64,000 bases of DNA. Source: a bacterium (GTDB taxonomy: Bacteria; Vulcanimicrobiota; Xenobia; Xenobiales; JADMJV01). Both the position numbers and the translations under genes were made by a program. Position 1 is the stretch's first letter, and every line of letters begins with the position of its first letter. Location: positions 10,491-74,490 of the forward strand of contig JADMJV010000035.1 in assembly GCA_018780265.1 (NCBI GenBank). Reading direction: 5' to 3'. Of this stretch, positions 45,737 through 54,244 are shown piece after piece. Under the pieces are notes generated by a model. It was not told the DNA's origin, searched no databases, and saw nothing but the letters and a program-made list of their open reading frames with translations.

Positions 45737-46795
45737 TCAAACGGAATTTTCCCAACGCAGCCGAGGCCACGAAGGGGCCAGCGGGTGAAGGCGGGATCCC
45801 ACAACCGAAGCGGCCAGCATCTCGACATCGGGCGGAATTTCATCGAAGGCCAACACTGGAGTGCGCCTCAAGTCGAAGGGAAGCAGTTCAAAGAGGTCAC
45901 GGCGCAAGTTGCCGGCCACTACCAGGACAGCCTCTCCATGTTCATGCTGAGACCAATGCAACTCGGCCTGCAACTGGCCCAGCGCCATGCCAAGAAACCA
46001 GGACTCTGGCCCATCGGGCCGGGCCAATTCGCGGCGAAGCCTTTTGGAGGTTGATTCGCTCAGGGTGACATGCACCAACTGGCCCTGCTCATTGAGCCAG
46101 GGCGTGGTCAGGCGCGGTCCCAGGGCCAGGCGCATGGCGCGCAGGCGGCGCCCGGCATCGCGAGGGACCGACTGATAGGCGTCGACCAGGTCGGCCAGGG
46201 GGCCGATGCTCACACGCTCCTCCAGCATGCAGCGCAGGGCCTGAGCGAAGCCGACCCCCGGCGAGGTCAGGCCCAGGTGGGTGAGTCGCTGCTTGAGCCA
46301 GTCGACAGAGAGGCACCAGTGGAGACGATTCTCCAGGCGATCGCAGACATGCCCAACCAAGAGCGCCTCTGGACCCAACAGGTGACAGCCCAGTTGACGA
46401 GCTCCTTCGGCTCGGGAATCGGGAATCCAGCGGCCTTCCAGCCCGTAGACGGGTTCTTGGGCCCATTCTCCCATTAAAAGCGACACCGAGTCAGAATTTC
46501 CGGTGGCAAACCAGCGCCCCGGGTAAAGCAAGCCTTGTTCCCAGGGGCCTCCGGCCAGCCGAAAACGATAGGCACATGAGTCCAGCGAGCGGTCGCAGTC
46601 CAGTCGTAGCGAGGGGAGAGGTAGGCCGTAGGCGACCAGCAGTTGCTGGTTGACCCCTTGCAGTCGGCTCCACCAGGCATTGCCGGGTTGTAGCAGCTCT
46701 TGCCAGAGGCGTTCGCCCATGGCCAGCTCCAGGTGAGGGCACCCATCCAAAGATGGGGGGAGATCCCCCGAGCCTTTCTTGAAGCGCCCGCTCAT
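45737..46795 (-). CDS. soluble FlhA_C (FHIPEP cytoplasmic domain)-like protein, no membrane domain
   Basis: Colinear with the FlhA C-terminal domain as I remember it. YPGRWFATGN matches YPGRWLAINPG, EPVYGLEGRWI matches DPAFGLDAIWI, LLVGHVCDRL matches VVATHLNHLI, and ALRCMLEERVSIGPLADLVDAYQS matches VLQNLLDEKVPIRDMRTILETLAE. The start is uncertain (46795 or 46720). Confidence 0.8.
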   Translation of the reverse strand: MSGRFKKGSGDLPPSLDGCPHLELAMGERLWQELLQPGNAWWSRLQGVNQQLLVAYGLPLPSLRLDCDRSLDSCAYRFRLAGGPWEQGLLYPGRWFATGNSDSVSLLMGEWAQEPVYGLEGRWIPDSRAEGARQLGCHLLGPEALLVGHVCDRLENRLHWCLSVDWLKQRLTHLGLTSPGVGFAQALRCMLEERVSIGPLADLVDAYQSVPRDAGRRLRAMRLALGPRLTTPWLNEQGQLVHVTLSESTSKRLRRELARPDGPESWFLGMALGQLQAELHWSQHEHGEAVLVVAGNLRRDLFELLPFDLRRTPVLAFDEIPPDVEMLAASVVGSRLHPLAPSWPRLRWENSV

Positions 46796-47864
46796 GCCGT
46801 TTTCCTTTCCCCTCCAGGATCTGGCCGATTGGTTACACCAAAACGGCTACTACCAGGCCTGTAACGTCCCCGCTTTTACCACCCAGCGGGTCTGTCCTGT
46901 GCAGAATGTACGCTTTGAGCGTCGCCTGCAGAGCGGCCTACCTTTGCCATTGGGTGCCCATTCCCATCCCAGCCGATTTTTGGGGCAACTGTCGCCCGAC
47001 TGCCAAAATCTGTATCGAGTGTTCTATCTTCATGAGCCAGGGGACCTGGATCGGACTTGGCCAGGGCTCGCCGATAGCCAGTACGCCTTGTGGCAGATTT
47101 CGCCGCTCTGGACCATGGCGGGCACGCGATACATTGTGAGTTCGATTCCCCAGCGATCGCCGGGCGAGTTTGTCTATCTTGGAGACGACTCCGGTTTGTT
47201 GATCGAAGCTTCCTGGCGGTGGTTGGGTGGGCGTGGTCAGGGCCGGGTGGCCGACCTGTGTTGTGGCTGTGGAGTGGTGGGACTGTCCTTGCCCGAAGGT
47301 TTTACCGAGGTCGTTGGCCTGGACGCCAATCCGACCGCGCTGCGATTGGCCGAGGTCAATCACCAACTGAACCATCCTGGCCTGCCCTGTTCCTTTGTGC
47401 TCAGCGATATGTGGCAGGCGGGCCGGGGGTTGTTTGACTATGTGGTCGGCAATCCACCTGCTCTGCCGGTCGGTAGTGACCTGCTCTACGCTTACGGTGG
47501 AGAGGACCCCGCCTCACTGACATTGCGGGCCATCGAGGGGTTGGGAGACATGCTGGCCCCTGGCGGCAAGTGTCTGCTGCTCTCCTTTTCGGTGCGCGAC
47601 CGGCTCTGGCAACAACTCCAGCAGAGGCTGAGCGCAGATTTCTCGCTGGAGTACGAACCCCGGAAACGGCTGATCATGACCGACCCTCAATTGGGCTGGA
47701 TGGAGCATGTCTGGATCCGAATCGTCCGTGACCATCGCGGTCGGCGGATTCGCAAGCCCATGTCGTGGCTCAACTGGGCTTCGCAGTGGTCGCTCCCCTG
47801 GCTTCAGGCCGAGCCTCCCCCTCAGCGCTGCTACGCCGGCAGCCAGCGGTCATCACAACCTTGA
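46779..47864 (+). CDS. class I SAM-dependent methyltransferase (N5-glutamine/N6-adenine NPPY-type)
   Basis: VADLCCGCGVVGLSL (SAM motif I) and DYVVGNPPALP (motif IV). The start is uncertain (TTG 46779 or ATG 46794). Confidence 0.7.
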   Translation: MKRPLMPFSFPLQDLADWLHQNGYYQACNVPAFTTQRVCPVQNVRFERRLQSGLPLPLGAHSHPSRFLGQLSPDCQNLYRVFYLHEPGDLDRTWPGLADSQYALWQISPLWTMAGTRYIVSSIPQRSPGEFVYLGDDSGLLIEASWRWLGGRGQGRVADLCCGCGVVGLSLPEGFTEVVGLDANPTALRLAEVNHQLNHPGLPCSFVLSDMWQAGRGLFDYVVGNPPALPVGSDLLYAYGGEDPASLTLRAIEGLGDMLAPGGKCLLLSFSVRDRLWQQLQQRLSADFSLEYEPRKRLIMTDPQLGWMEHVWIRIVRDHRGRRIRKPMSWLNWASQWSLPWLQAEPPPQRCYAGSQRSSQP

Positions 47865-49180
47865 GCGAGCCCTTCTCGCTTGAGTTTTTGCAAATGGGCC
47901 AGCAGCGAGATGCTGGCCAGTTTTAAGGCCGGACCGCTCACGTCGGCGTAGGCCTTCCTCAAGATCTGGGCGAACGTCCCACCCAGAGCGGCCAAGACTT
48001 TGCTTTCACGGTCCAGGCGATGCTGTAAGGTTTGGCCCAACAGGTCGCTGCCCGGTCCAAAGGGGCCCCCGTGACTGGGCATCACCAGCCGGGGCCGGAG
48101 TTGCTGGCAGCGGCGCAGACTGGCGAAATAGTCTCCCATATCGCCATCCGGCGGAGGGATCAGGATGGTGCTGATGCCACTGACCAGGTCGCCGCACAGT
48201 AAAATTTGCGTATCTGGCTCCCACAAGGCTAAATGTCCCGAGGCGTGTCCGGGAGTGTGCAGCACCTGCCAGCCCTGGACCTGGTCGCCATCGTGGAGCT
48301 GCCGGTCCAGAGCCTCCAGGCCCAACTGGCTTGCGGTCCGAGGGTGGGCCCAGATGGGCCACTCGCGTTGCAGGCACCAGTCCAGTCCGCCCACATGGTC
48401 GGTGTGATGGTGGGTGAACAGCACGGCTTCCACCGGGCGATCCTGCAGCACCCATTCGATGCGTTCCAACTGGTGGGAGTCGGGGGCTCCCGGGTCCACG
48501 ATAATCACCTTTTCGGTTCCCAGCAGAAAGCACAGAGTGTGCTGAGCTGGGGGAAGGGTGGGGGTTATCAAGGGCAGGTAGACCAGGCCTGGGCGTACCC
48601 GTATGGGGTCGGGCGTGTCCTCGGGAAAAGCGCACAGGCTTTGCAGAGCCCCTTCCCACTCCTGGGCCTCGATCAGCGTGTGCAGACTGTCTTGGGTGGG
48701 GGCGGCCAGAAAGATCTGACCCGAGCGCCACGCCTCAAGGGCTTCGCCCACGTTCCACCAAGCCCCGTTTTCCAGTTCGCCGGGCCAAATTTCAGCCTCC
48801 TGTTCTGGAGGGCACGACCAGGCATAGAACTGGGCACGAAAGCGAATCAGGGCGTAGTCGGGGGTGGTGCGCACTCCGGCCGGCCGCAGTTGGGTTAGAT
48901 CCACGGGATACTCGGCCAGCAAATCGTTCCAGGCCAGCCCTTGCTTGCGCAGTTCGGGCGGTGGTTGGCGAGGGCCCACCCAGAGGCCGGTTTCTTCCCA
49001 TAATTCGCGAGCGGCGCAGGTCGGGTGATCGCCGTCCTGTTCGTCCATGGCTCCCCCCGGAAAGGCATGAAAGCCTGGAAAGAAGCGGCCTTTTCGGCCG
49101 CGTTGCACCAACAGGACAGACCAACCGTCGGGGCCGAGGCGCAGGGGCAGAATGCCGGCGGCGGGGCGAACTTTAGACAT
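47831..49180 (-). CDS. NUDIX hydrolase fused to MBL-fold metallo-hydrolase
   Basis: NUDIX box GGAMDEQDGDHPTCAARELWEETGL, then the MBL motif LFTHHHTDHVGG and downstream HTPGHASGH. Confidence 0.8.
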   Translation of the reverse strand: MSKVRPAAGILPLRLGPDGWSVLLVQRGRKGRFFPGFHAFPGGAMDEQDGDHPTCAARELWEETGLWVGPRQPPPELRKQGLAWNDLLAEYPVDLTQLRPAGVRTTPDYALIRFRAQFYAWSCPPEQEAEIWPGELENGAWWNVGEALEAWRSGQIFLAAPTQDSLHTLIEAQEWEGALQSLCAFPEDTPDPIRVRPGLVYLPLITPTLPPAQHTLCFLLGTEKVIIVDPGAPDSHQLERIEWVLQDRPVEAVLFTHHHTDHVGGLDWCLQREWPIWAHPRTASQLGLEALDRQLHDGDQVQGWQVLHTPGHASGHLALWEPDTQILLCGDLVSGISTILIPPPDGDMGDYFASLRRCQQLRPRLVMPSHGGPFGPGSDLLGQTLQHRLDRESKVLAALGGTFAQILRKAYADVSGPALKLASISLLAHLQKLKREGLAQGCDDRWLPA

Positions 49181-49222
49181 GGCGGCAGGTTGACCGCGGG
49201 CCGGTCAAAAACCTTGCGGGTA

Positions 49223-50527
49223 ATGAGACGCCCTGCCAAACTATTGTCCGCCCACGTCAGCGGCCTGTCCGCCAAAGGGCTGGCTCGACTGCAGATCGAC
49301 AGTCACCCTCGTCAGGGGCTTGAGCTATGGGGTCCTTTGCCGGGCGAAGAGGTGCTGGTTCAGTTGGGCACGCGCCGAAACGTCTGGCTGCAACAGGTGA
49401 TTCAACCGCATCTTCAGCGGCGCGAGCCCCGGTGTAGCCACTGTGGGCCGTGCGGTGGCTGCTCCTTGCAGCATCTGAGCGACGAAGGTCAACTGGCCTG
49501 GAAGAGCGACAGGCTTTACCGCCGCTTGCGCGAGGTGGCCCCGGAGGCCGAGTTGTTGCCAGCGCTGGCCTCTCCTCAAAGCTTTCACTATCGCACCAAG
49601 GTGGAATTTAGCTTTCATAGGCAGTGGGTCGGATTTCATCGGCGCGGCTGTTTTGACCGAGTTGTCGACGTAGACCATTGCTGGATCGCGCCACCAGCCC
49701 ATCGAGAGGCGCTGCGTCAAACCCGCCAGTGGATGCTCGATCATCAGTTAGAAGGTTGGGACCCGCGCTCGTTTGGCGGCGACCTTCGCTATCTGCTACT
49801 GCGTCAGGCCAATCCGGGGGATGACTGGCTGGCGCTTCTGGTCACTCGCTGCAACCTTCCCGTAGCCTGCCTGGAGGATTGGCGCGATCGACTGGCCGGG
49901 CTGGGGCCACGCGGTTTGATCTGGGTGGAGCAGAGTTCCACCGGCGGGGCCATCGTGCCTGAACGGGAGCACTTGCTGTTGGGCCACAACGCCATCGAGC
50001 AGAGGCTGGGAGATCTGACCTTTCGGTTGGGCTGGCGTTCTTTTTTCCAGAGCAATCCCCCCGCCTACCGGCTCCTGCTGGATCAACTCAAGGCCTGGCT
50101 GGGGAAGCCGCGGCGCCTGCTGGACCTGTATTGCGGCATCGGGAGTCTGGGTTTGTACGTGGCCGACTCTGAGACCGAGTTGGTGGGGGTGGAGAATGTG
50201 CCGCAAGCCATCGAGGATGCTCGGCGTTGTGCTCAGGAACTGGGCAGGCCTGCGGATTTTCACGCTATGGCTGCGGAGCAATGGGAGGATTGGAATGCCG
50301 AGGTCGCTATCGTTGACCCGCCCCGTGGCGGCTGCCATCCAACCCTGGTCGACAAGTTGGCAGAACACGGCCCTGCCCAGATCTTTTATGTCTCATGCAA
50401 TCCCGAGCGCTTTCTGACCGAGTGGACCCGGCTACGCAACAACTATCGGTTGGAGAAGGCGGTGGCCTGCGACTTTTTTCCGCAAACTGCCCACATCGAG
50501 CTACTTGCCTGGCTTCGCCGTCTTTGA
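49223..50527 (+). CDS. 23S rRNA (uracil-C5)-methyltransferase, RlmD/TrmA family
   Basis: TRAM-like N-terminus, Fe-S cysteines CSHCGPCGGCSLQH, LLDLYCGIGSLGL, IVDPPRGG and FYVSCNP. The start is placed at ATG 49223, since the track start 49025 lies in the neighbouring gene. Confidence 0.85.
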   Translation: MRRPAKLLSAHVSGLSAKGLARLQIDSHPRQGLELWGPLPGEEVLVQLGTRRNVWLQQVIQPHLQRREPRCSHCGPCGGCSLQHLSDEGQLAWKSDRLYRRLREVAPEAELLPALASPQSFHYRTKVEFSFHRQWVGFHRRGCFDRVVDVDHCWIAPPAHREALRQTRQWMLDHQLEGWDPRSFGGDLRYLLLRQANPGDDWLALLVTRCNLPVACLEDWRDRLAGLGPRGLIWVEQSSTGGAIVPEREHLLLGHNAIEQRLGDLTFRLGWRSFFQSNPPAYRLLLDQLKAWLGKPRRLLDLYCGIGSLGLYVADSETELVGVENVPQAIEDARRCAQELGRPADFHAMAAEQWEDWNAEVAIVDPPRGGCHPTLVDKLAEHGPAQIFYVSCNPERFLTEWTRLRNNYRLEKAVACDFFPQTAHIELLAWLRRL

Positions 50528-51301
50528 GGCCCTGCGTTGGGCTGCCTTGGCTTCCAGGTAGGCGATGATATCCTGGATGGCCTGCTTGCGGTTGGGCAGC
50601 GAGCGGTCGAGTCCGGGCATAGTGGCCCGGTTGCGCAGTTTTTGCGGGTTGTCGATCAGTTTGTAGAGATACGGCTTCTGAAAATATTCGGTGACACTGT
50701 AGGGGCTGTTGAGATCGACCCCCATGTTGCCGCCCTGGCTGTTGATCTGGTGGCAGCTCAAGCAATGTTTCCGAAAGAGCGCAAAGCCGTGGGTCACCGC
50801 CGCCGAACTTTTGGGCGGAGGCAGCGTCGCGGCGTAGGCTTGCGAGAAAGAGGCCCGGTCGATGGCCACCACCTGGAAGGGCCAATTTCCGCCCACTTTG
50901 CGCTCCGGGTAACGCTCGCTGTCCCAGATTAAGTAGAACGGCCCCAGCGGCTTGCTCTCCAGCACAAACGGCTTGCTGTCTGAGGATGCGAAAGCCAGAT
51001 AGGCGGGCAGCCTCTTGAGTTCTTCCGCCTTGACGGGGGAGCGATAGCCGTCGCGGCACACGAACACAAAGGTGATGTCTTCGCCGTAGGCGGCTTTGCC
51101 ATAGACTTTTTCGAGCAGGGGTTGAATGGGAATGGCCCAGTAATTGTGGAGACCGCCATCCAGTCGGAGGGCCTGGGGAGTGGAGATGGCTTTGACTTGC
51201 TGCAAAGAAAAATGCGCCACAGCTTTACCGCTCTGACGCAGTTCCAGGTCGTCGGCCCGGGCCGCCAGGGTCAGGCACAACACCAGTCCGAGAATTCTCA
51301 T
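50501..51301 (-). CDS. secreted c-type cytochrome domain protein
   Basis: Signal peptide MRILGLVLCLTLAARA and heme site CLSCHQ in the C-terminal domain. Confidence 0.7.
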   Translation of the reverse strand: MRILGLVLCLTLAARADDLELRQSGKAVAHFSLQQVKAISTPQALRLDGGLHNYWAIPIQPLLEKVYGKAAYGEDITFVFVCRDGYRSPVKAEELKRLPAYLAFASSDSKPFVLESKPLGPFYLIWDSERYPERKVGGNWPFQVVAIDRASFSQAYAATLPPPKSSAAVTHGFALFRKHCLSCHQINSQGGNMGVDLNSPYSVTEYFQKPYLYKLIDNPQKLRNRATMPGLDRSLPNRKQAIQDIIAYLEAKAAQRRASKTAKPGK

Positions 51302-51750
51302 GACCAGGCGTTTCCACGGGTCCGGTCGCCACCCTCTTAGCGGTCGTTGCTTCTGGCTATCGATTCCACGGGTCGCAGTTCAGCGCGCTACGTCGGCCTG
51401 GTTGGATGAAGTGCAGGCAGAACCGGCAATGCCCGCTGAGATCCGCGCACCACCTCGCCAACCCGATTCCCGATGCCGCCCCACTGCACCCTCGCCCCAA
51501 CCAGAGAATGCAAAGTTTCCAACTGGCTGGAAACAATTTCCAGTGAACTGGCCAGCCTGGGTTATGAAATCCAGGTGCGCGATCTCGAAGCAATTGGCCT
51601 CGAAGCCGCCCAGACTGGAGTTTGGCTTTACCTGCTATCCGCCGCCGCGAACGGGGTTGAGGCTAGGCAATGAGGCGCCCTCTCATTAGCCCTCCTACGG
51701 CGTCAGCGTCTGGCCGTTTCCGGCTGCATGGGCTGGACCGGGTCGGAGAG

Positions 51751-52146
51751 CTACCAGAAGGCGCTCGAGTAGTGGTCCTGAATCTTGCGGTCACGGGAGA
51801 GCAACGGGCAGGCGGCCATCCGTGCCTGGGCTACGATGGTTCGGTCGAATGGGTCTCGGGTCCAGTCCTCCTGGCAGGCGGCCCGCGTAACTTCCAAATG
51901 ACTGGAGGTGCATACTTCGAGACCTATCTGTTGGCGCAAATCAGCCAGGATCGCGTCCTCGCAGATTGCGATGCGGCCTATCTCAAAGAGATATCTCAGT
52001 TCTAACAGGACAATGGGGGAGTAAACGAGCGGGTGCTTTTCAATCGCCTGCGCCCCTCGCTCACTAAACTTTTCCAGGTCTCCCTGGTGCAGCCACACGA
52101 CAACGTGCGTGTCTAAATGGAGCCGGGTTGCCAAGCTTGCTCCCAA
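51751..52146 (-). CDS. vapC: PIN-domain toxin (VapC family)
   Basis: LHLDTHVVVWL and DPFDRTIVAQA acidic PIN signatures. Overlaps the upstream antitoxin gene. Confidence 0.8.
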   Translation of the reverse strand: MGASLATRLHLDTHVVVWLHQGDLEKFSERGAQAIEKHPLVYSPIVLLELRYLFEIGRIAICEDAILADLRQQIGLEVCTSSHLEVTRAACQEDWTRDPFDRTIVAQARMAACPLLSRDRKIQDHYSSAFW

Positions 52147-52346
52147 CTAATTTCGGGTAGCATGCCAGAGTCTCCCACCACTGTTTGGCGCTTAATCAAG
52201 CGGCTCAGCTTGGACGCTTTCCTCTGAGGCACCAGCACAACAGTCCCCCCGGCGCGCTCGATTTCCACTCCTTCTCCGGTTTCAAGCATGTCGTCGAGAA
52301 TGTGGTATAAATCCTTACGTAGCTCCGTGGGAGTCATCTTCCTCAT
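52113..52346 (-). CDS. Phd/YefM-type antitoxin
   Basis: MRKMTPTELRKDLYHILDDMLETGEGVEIERAGGTVVLVP. The start is placed at the internal ATG 52346. Confidence 0.65.
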   Translation of the reverse strand: MRKMTPTELRKDLYHILDDMLETGEGVEIERAGGTVVLVPQRKASKLSRLIKRQTVVGDSGMLPEISWEQAWQPGSI

Positions 52347-52484
52347 CTCCCGATTGTAGGTCGTCACTGGAACGTACGTCAAGCAGGCTTGGCGTACGTT
52401 GTTCGTGTAGGTAGGACGCCAGGACGCCTGCTTCCAGAATGAGGCTACAAGGAGCCGACCGCCTGAAGGAGAAGGCGCAACCTG

Positions 52485-52835
52485 ATGAGTGTTCATGCTT
52501 TACCGCCGCGCGACCATTATAAGCTGCGCAATGATACCAGCGTCACCTTTCAGCTGCGTTCCAGCGCCAGCGGGCAGGGCGCCGAGGGATGCGTGGTGCG
52601 AGCGGCGGTGACTCGCCACGATGGCCTTAACTTTCGCTACGAAGTGGTCTTCACGGGTGAATACGCTGCTAGCAAGTCGAGTTTTAGCGAGGATATGTAT
52701 CACGAGACCGCTTTATCGGTGGTGCGAAGCCAGTTGGAGTCGCGCGTACACCAGGACACTCGCATCACGTTGTCGGTAAACTCGGGCTTGCCCCGCAGCC
52801 AGGTCGGCGTCAGTTTCGACTGGGTGGATCCATAG
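52485..52835 (+). CDS. hypothetical protein
   Basis: 116-aa ORF with no motif. Divergent from the TA pair. Confidence 0.4.
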   Translation: MSVHALPPRDHYKLRNDTSVTFQLRSSASGQGAEGCVVRAAVTRHDGLNFRYEVVFTGEYAASKSSFSEDMYHETALSVVRSQLESRVHQDTRITLSVNSGLPRSQVGVSFDWVDP

Positions 52836-52849
52836 GAAAGGTTAGACCC

Positions 52850-54181
52850 GTGAATTTGAAAGAGACCTTCTTTTTTCTCAGCCAACTGTCGAAGGGATTC
52901 GACCATATTGGGGCGGTGATGCCCACTTCGCGGGAGGCCGCCCGAGCTATGGCGGCCGAGGCGATGCGCCAGAAGAAGCCCAAACAGATTTTGGAGGTGG
53001 GTCCCGGCACCGGGCCCATCACCACCGAGCTGGTGCGCCACCTCAAGGCCGATGATCGCCTGGTTTTGTGCGAGGTTGACGACACTTTTGTGGACTACCT
53101 GCGCCAACGTTTCGAGACGGAGCCCGAACTGCAACGGGTGCGCCATCAGGTGGAGATCATCCATAACAGCGTCACCGAAGTGGGCGGAGAGCACTGTTTT
53201 GACTACATCATTTCCGCTGTGCCGCTGACTCGACTGCCGGCCGATGTCGCCGAGAACATCTTCGAGTCTTTTCGCCGCTTGCTCAAGCCCGGTGGCACGT
53301 TGACCTTCCTTGAGTATAAGTTCTTGCGCAATTTGCGCAAACTCACCAAGCAGCAAGAAACGGCCGATTTTGTTAAGGTCGACCAGATGATGAAGGAGTT
53401 CATCAACCGTTACCAGTTTCGCAGCGATTCGGTGATGTTCAATGTGCCTCCGGCCAACATTCGCAGTTTGCGTTTTTCGGAGCCGACCGTGGACGCCGCC
53501 AGCGATGTGCAACCGCGCTCCAATTACAAGCGTATTGGACCCTCGTGGTCTAACCTGGGCGTTTCCAGCGAAGCTCTTGACCTGGTGGCTGGATTGGGGG
53601 CGGTCTCTTTCTTGCTGGCTCGGAAGGGCAGTCGATGGTGGCCCGTTCCGGCTTTGCTGGGGGCGGCTGCCGCGTGGTTTCACCGAGATCCACATCGGGA
53701 GGTTTTGTCTACCGACAAAGCCGCCTATGCGGCCAGTGATGGGCAGGTGATGAAGGTGGATACCGTGCGCCATCCACGCCTGGGTGACCGCGAGTGGGTC
53801 CGTGTTTGCGTGTTTCTCTCTCCCCTGGATGTGCATATCAATCGTTCCCCGGTGGCTGGCAAGGTGATCGACTGCTGGGATGAGCCAGGCGGTTTTTTGC
53901 CCGCTTACCAGGATGCATCCGAAGCCAATGCATCGCGTTACGTAGTCATCGAAGGTGTCAACGGACCGGTGGCGGTGGCTCAGCGGGCAGGGTTTTTGGC
54001 CCGACGTATCATCACCTGGCCCAAGCGCGGCGAATTGCTGGCTCAAGGTGAGCGCTACGGCTTGATTCGCTTTGGCTCGCGCACCGATGTGCTGTTTCCC
54101 GTGGATAAGGTGGAGATTCTTGTGCGTGCCGGCGACAAGTTGGCGGCCGGGCAGACTATCGTGGCCCGCTATCTAGGCTAA
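52850..54181 (+). CDS. fusion: COG3963-type (phospholipid N-)methyltransferase + phosphatidylserine decarboxylase proenzyme
   Basis: The N-terminal half has GAVMPTSREAARAMA and ILEVGPGTGPITTEL. The C-terminal half has PLDVHINRSPVAG and the self-cleavage region LIRFGSRTDV typical of short Psd. Confidence 0.8.
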   Translation: MNLKETFFFLSQLSKGFDHIGAVMPTSREAARAMAAEAMRQKKPKQILEVGPGTGPITTELVRHLKADDRLVLCEVDDTFVDYLRQRFETEPELQRVRHQVEIIHNSVTEVGGEHCFDYIISAVPLTRLPADVAENIFESFRRLLKPGGTLTFLEYKFLRNLRKLTKQQETADFVKVDQMMKEFINRYQFRSDSVMFNVPPANIRSLRFSEPTVDAASDVQPRSNYKRIGPSWSNLGVSSEALDLVAGLGAVSFLLARKGSRWWPVPALLGAAAAWFHRDPHREVLSTDKAAYAASDGQVMKVDTVRHPRLGDREWVRVCVFLSPLDVHINRSPVAGKVIDCWDEPGGFLPAYQDASEANASRYVVIEGVNGPVAVAQRAGFLARRIITWPKRGELLAQGERYGLIRFGSRTDVLFPVDKVEILVRAGDKLAAGQTIVARYLG

Positions 54182-54244
54182 GCCCTTAGGATATTCGCCC
54201 TCGCCGCTGCTTGCTGGAGGGCGCCTCGACGACCGGACGGGCCC

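Noticed and set aside
47140-47150. tRNA T-arm-like GTTCGATTCCC
   Set aside because: It is inside the methyltransferase CDS, with no acceptor, D or anticodon arms around it.
52700-54046. 448-aa minus-strand ORF
   Set aside because: It is antisense to the methyltransferase::Psd fusion, which has clear family motifs. Its composition is R/G/H/Q-rich and shadow-like.
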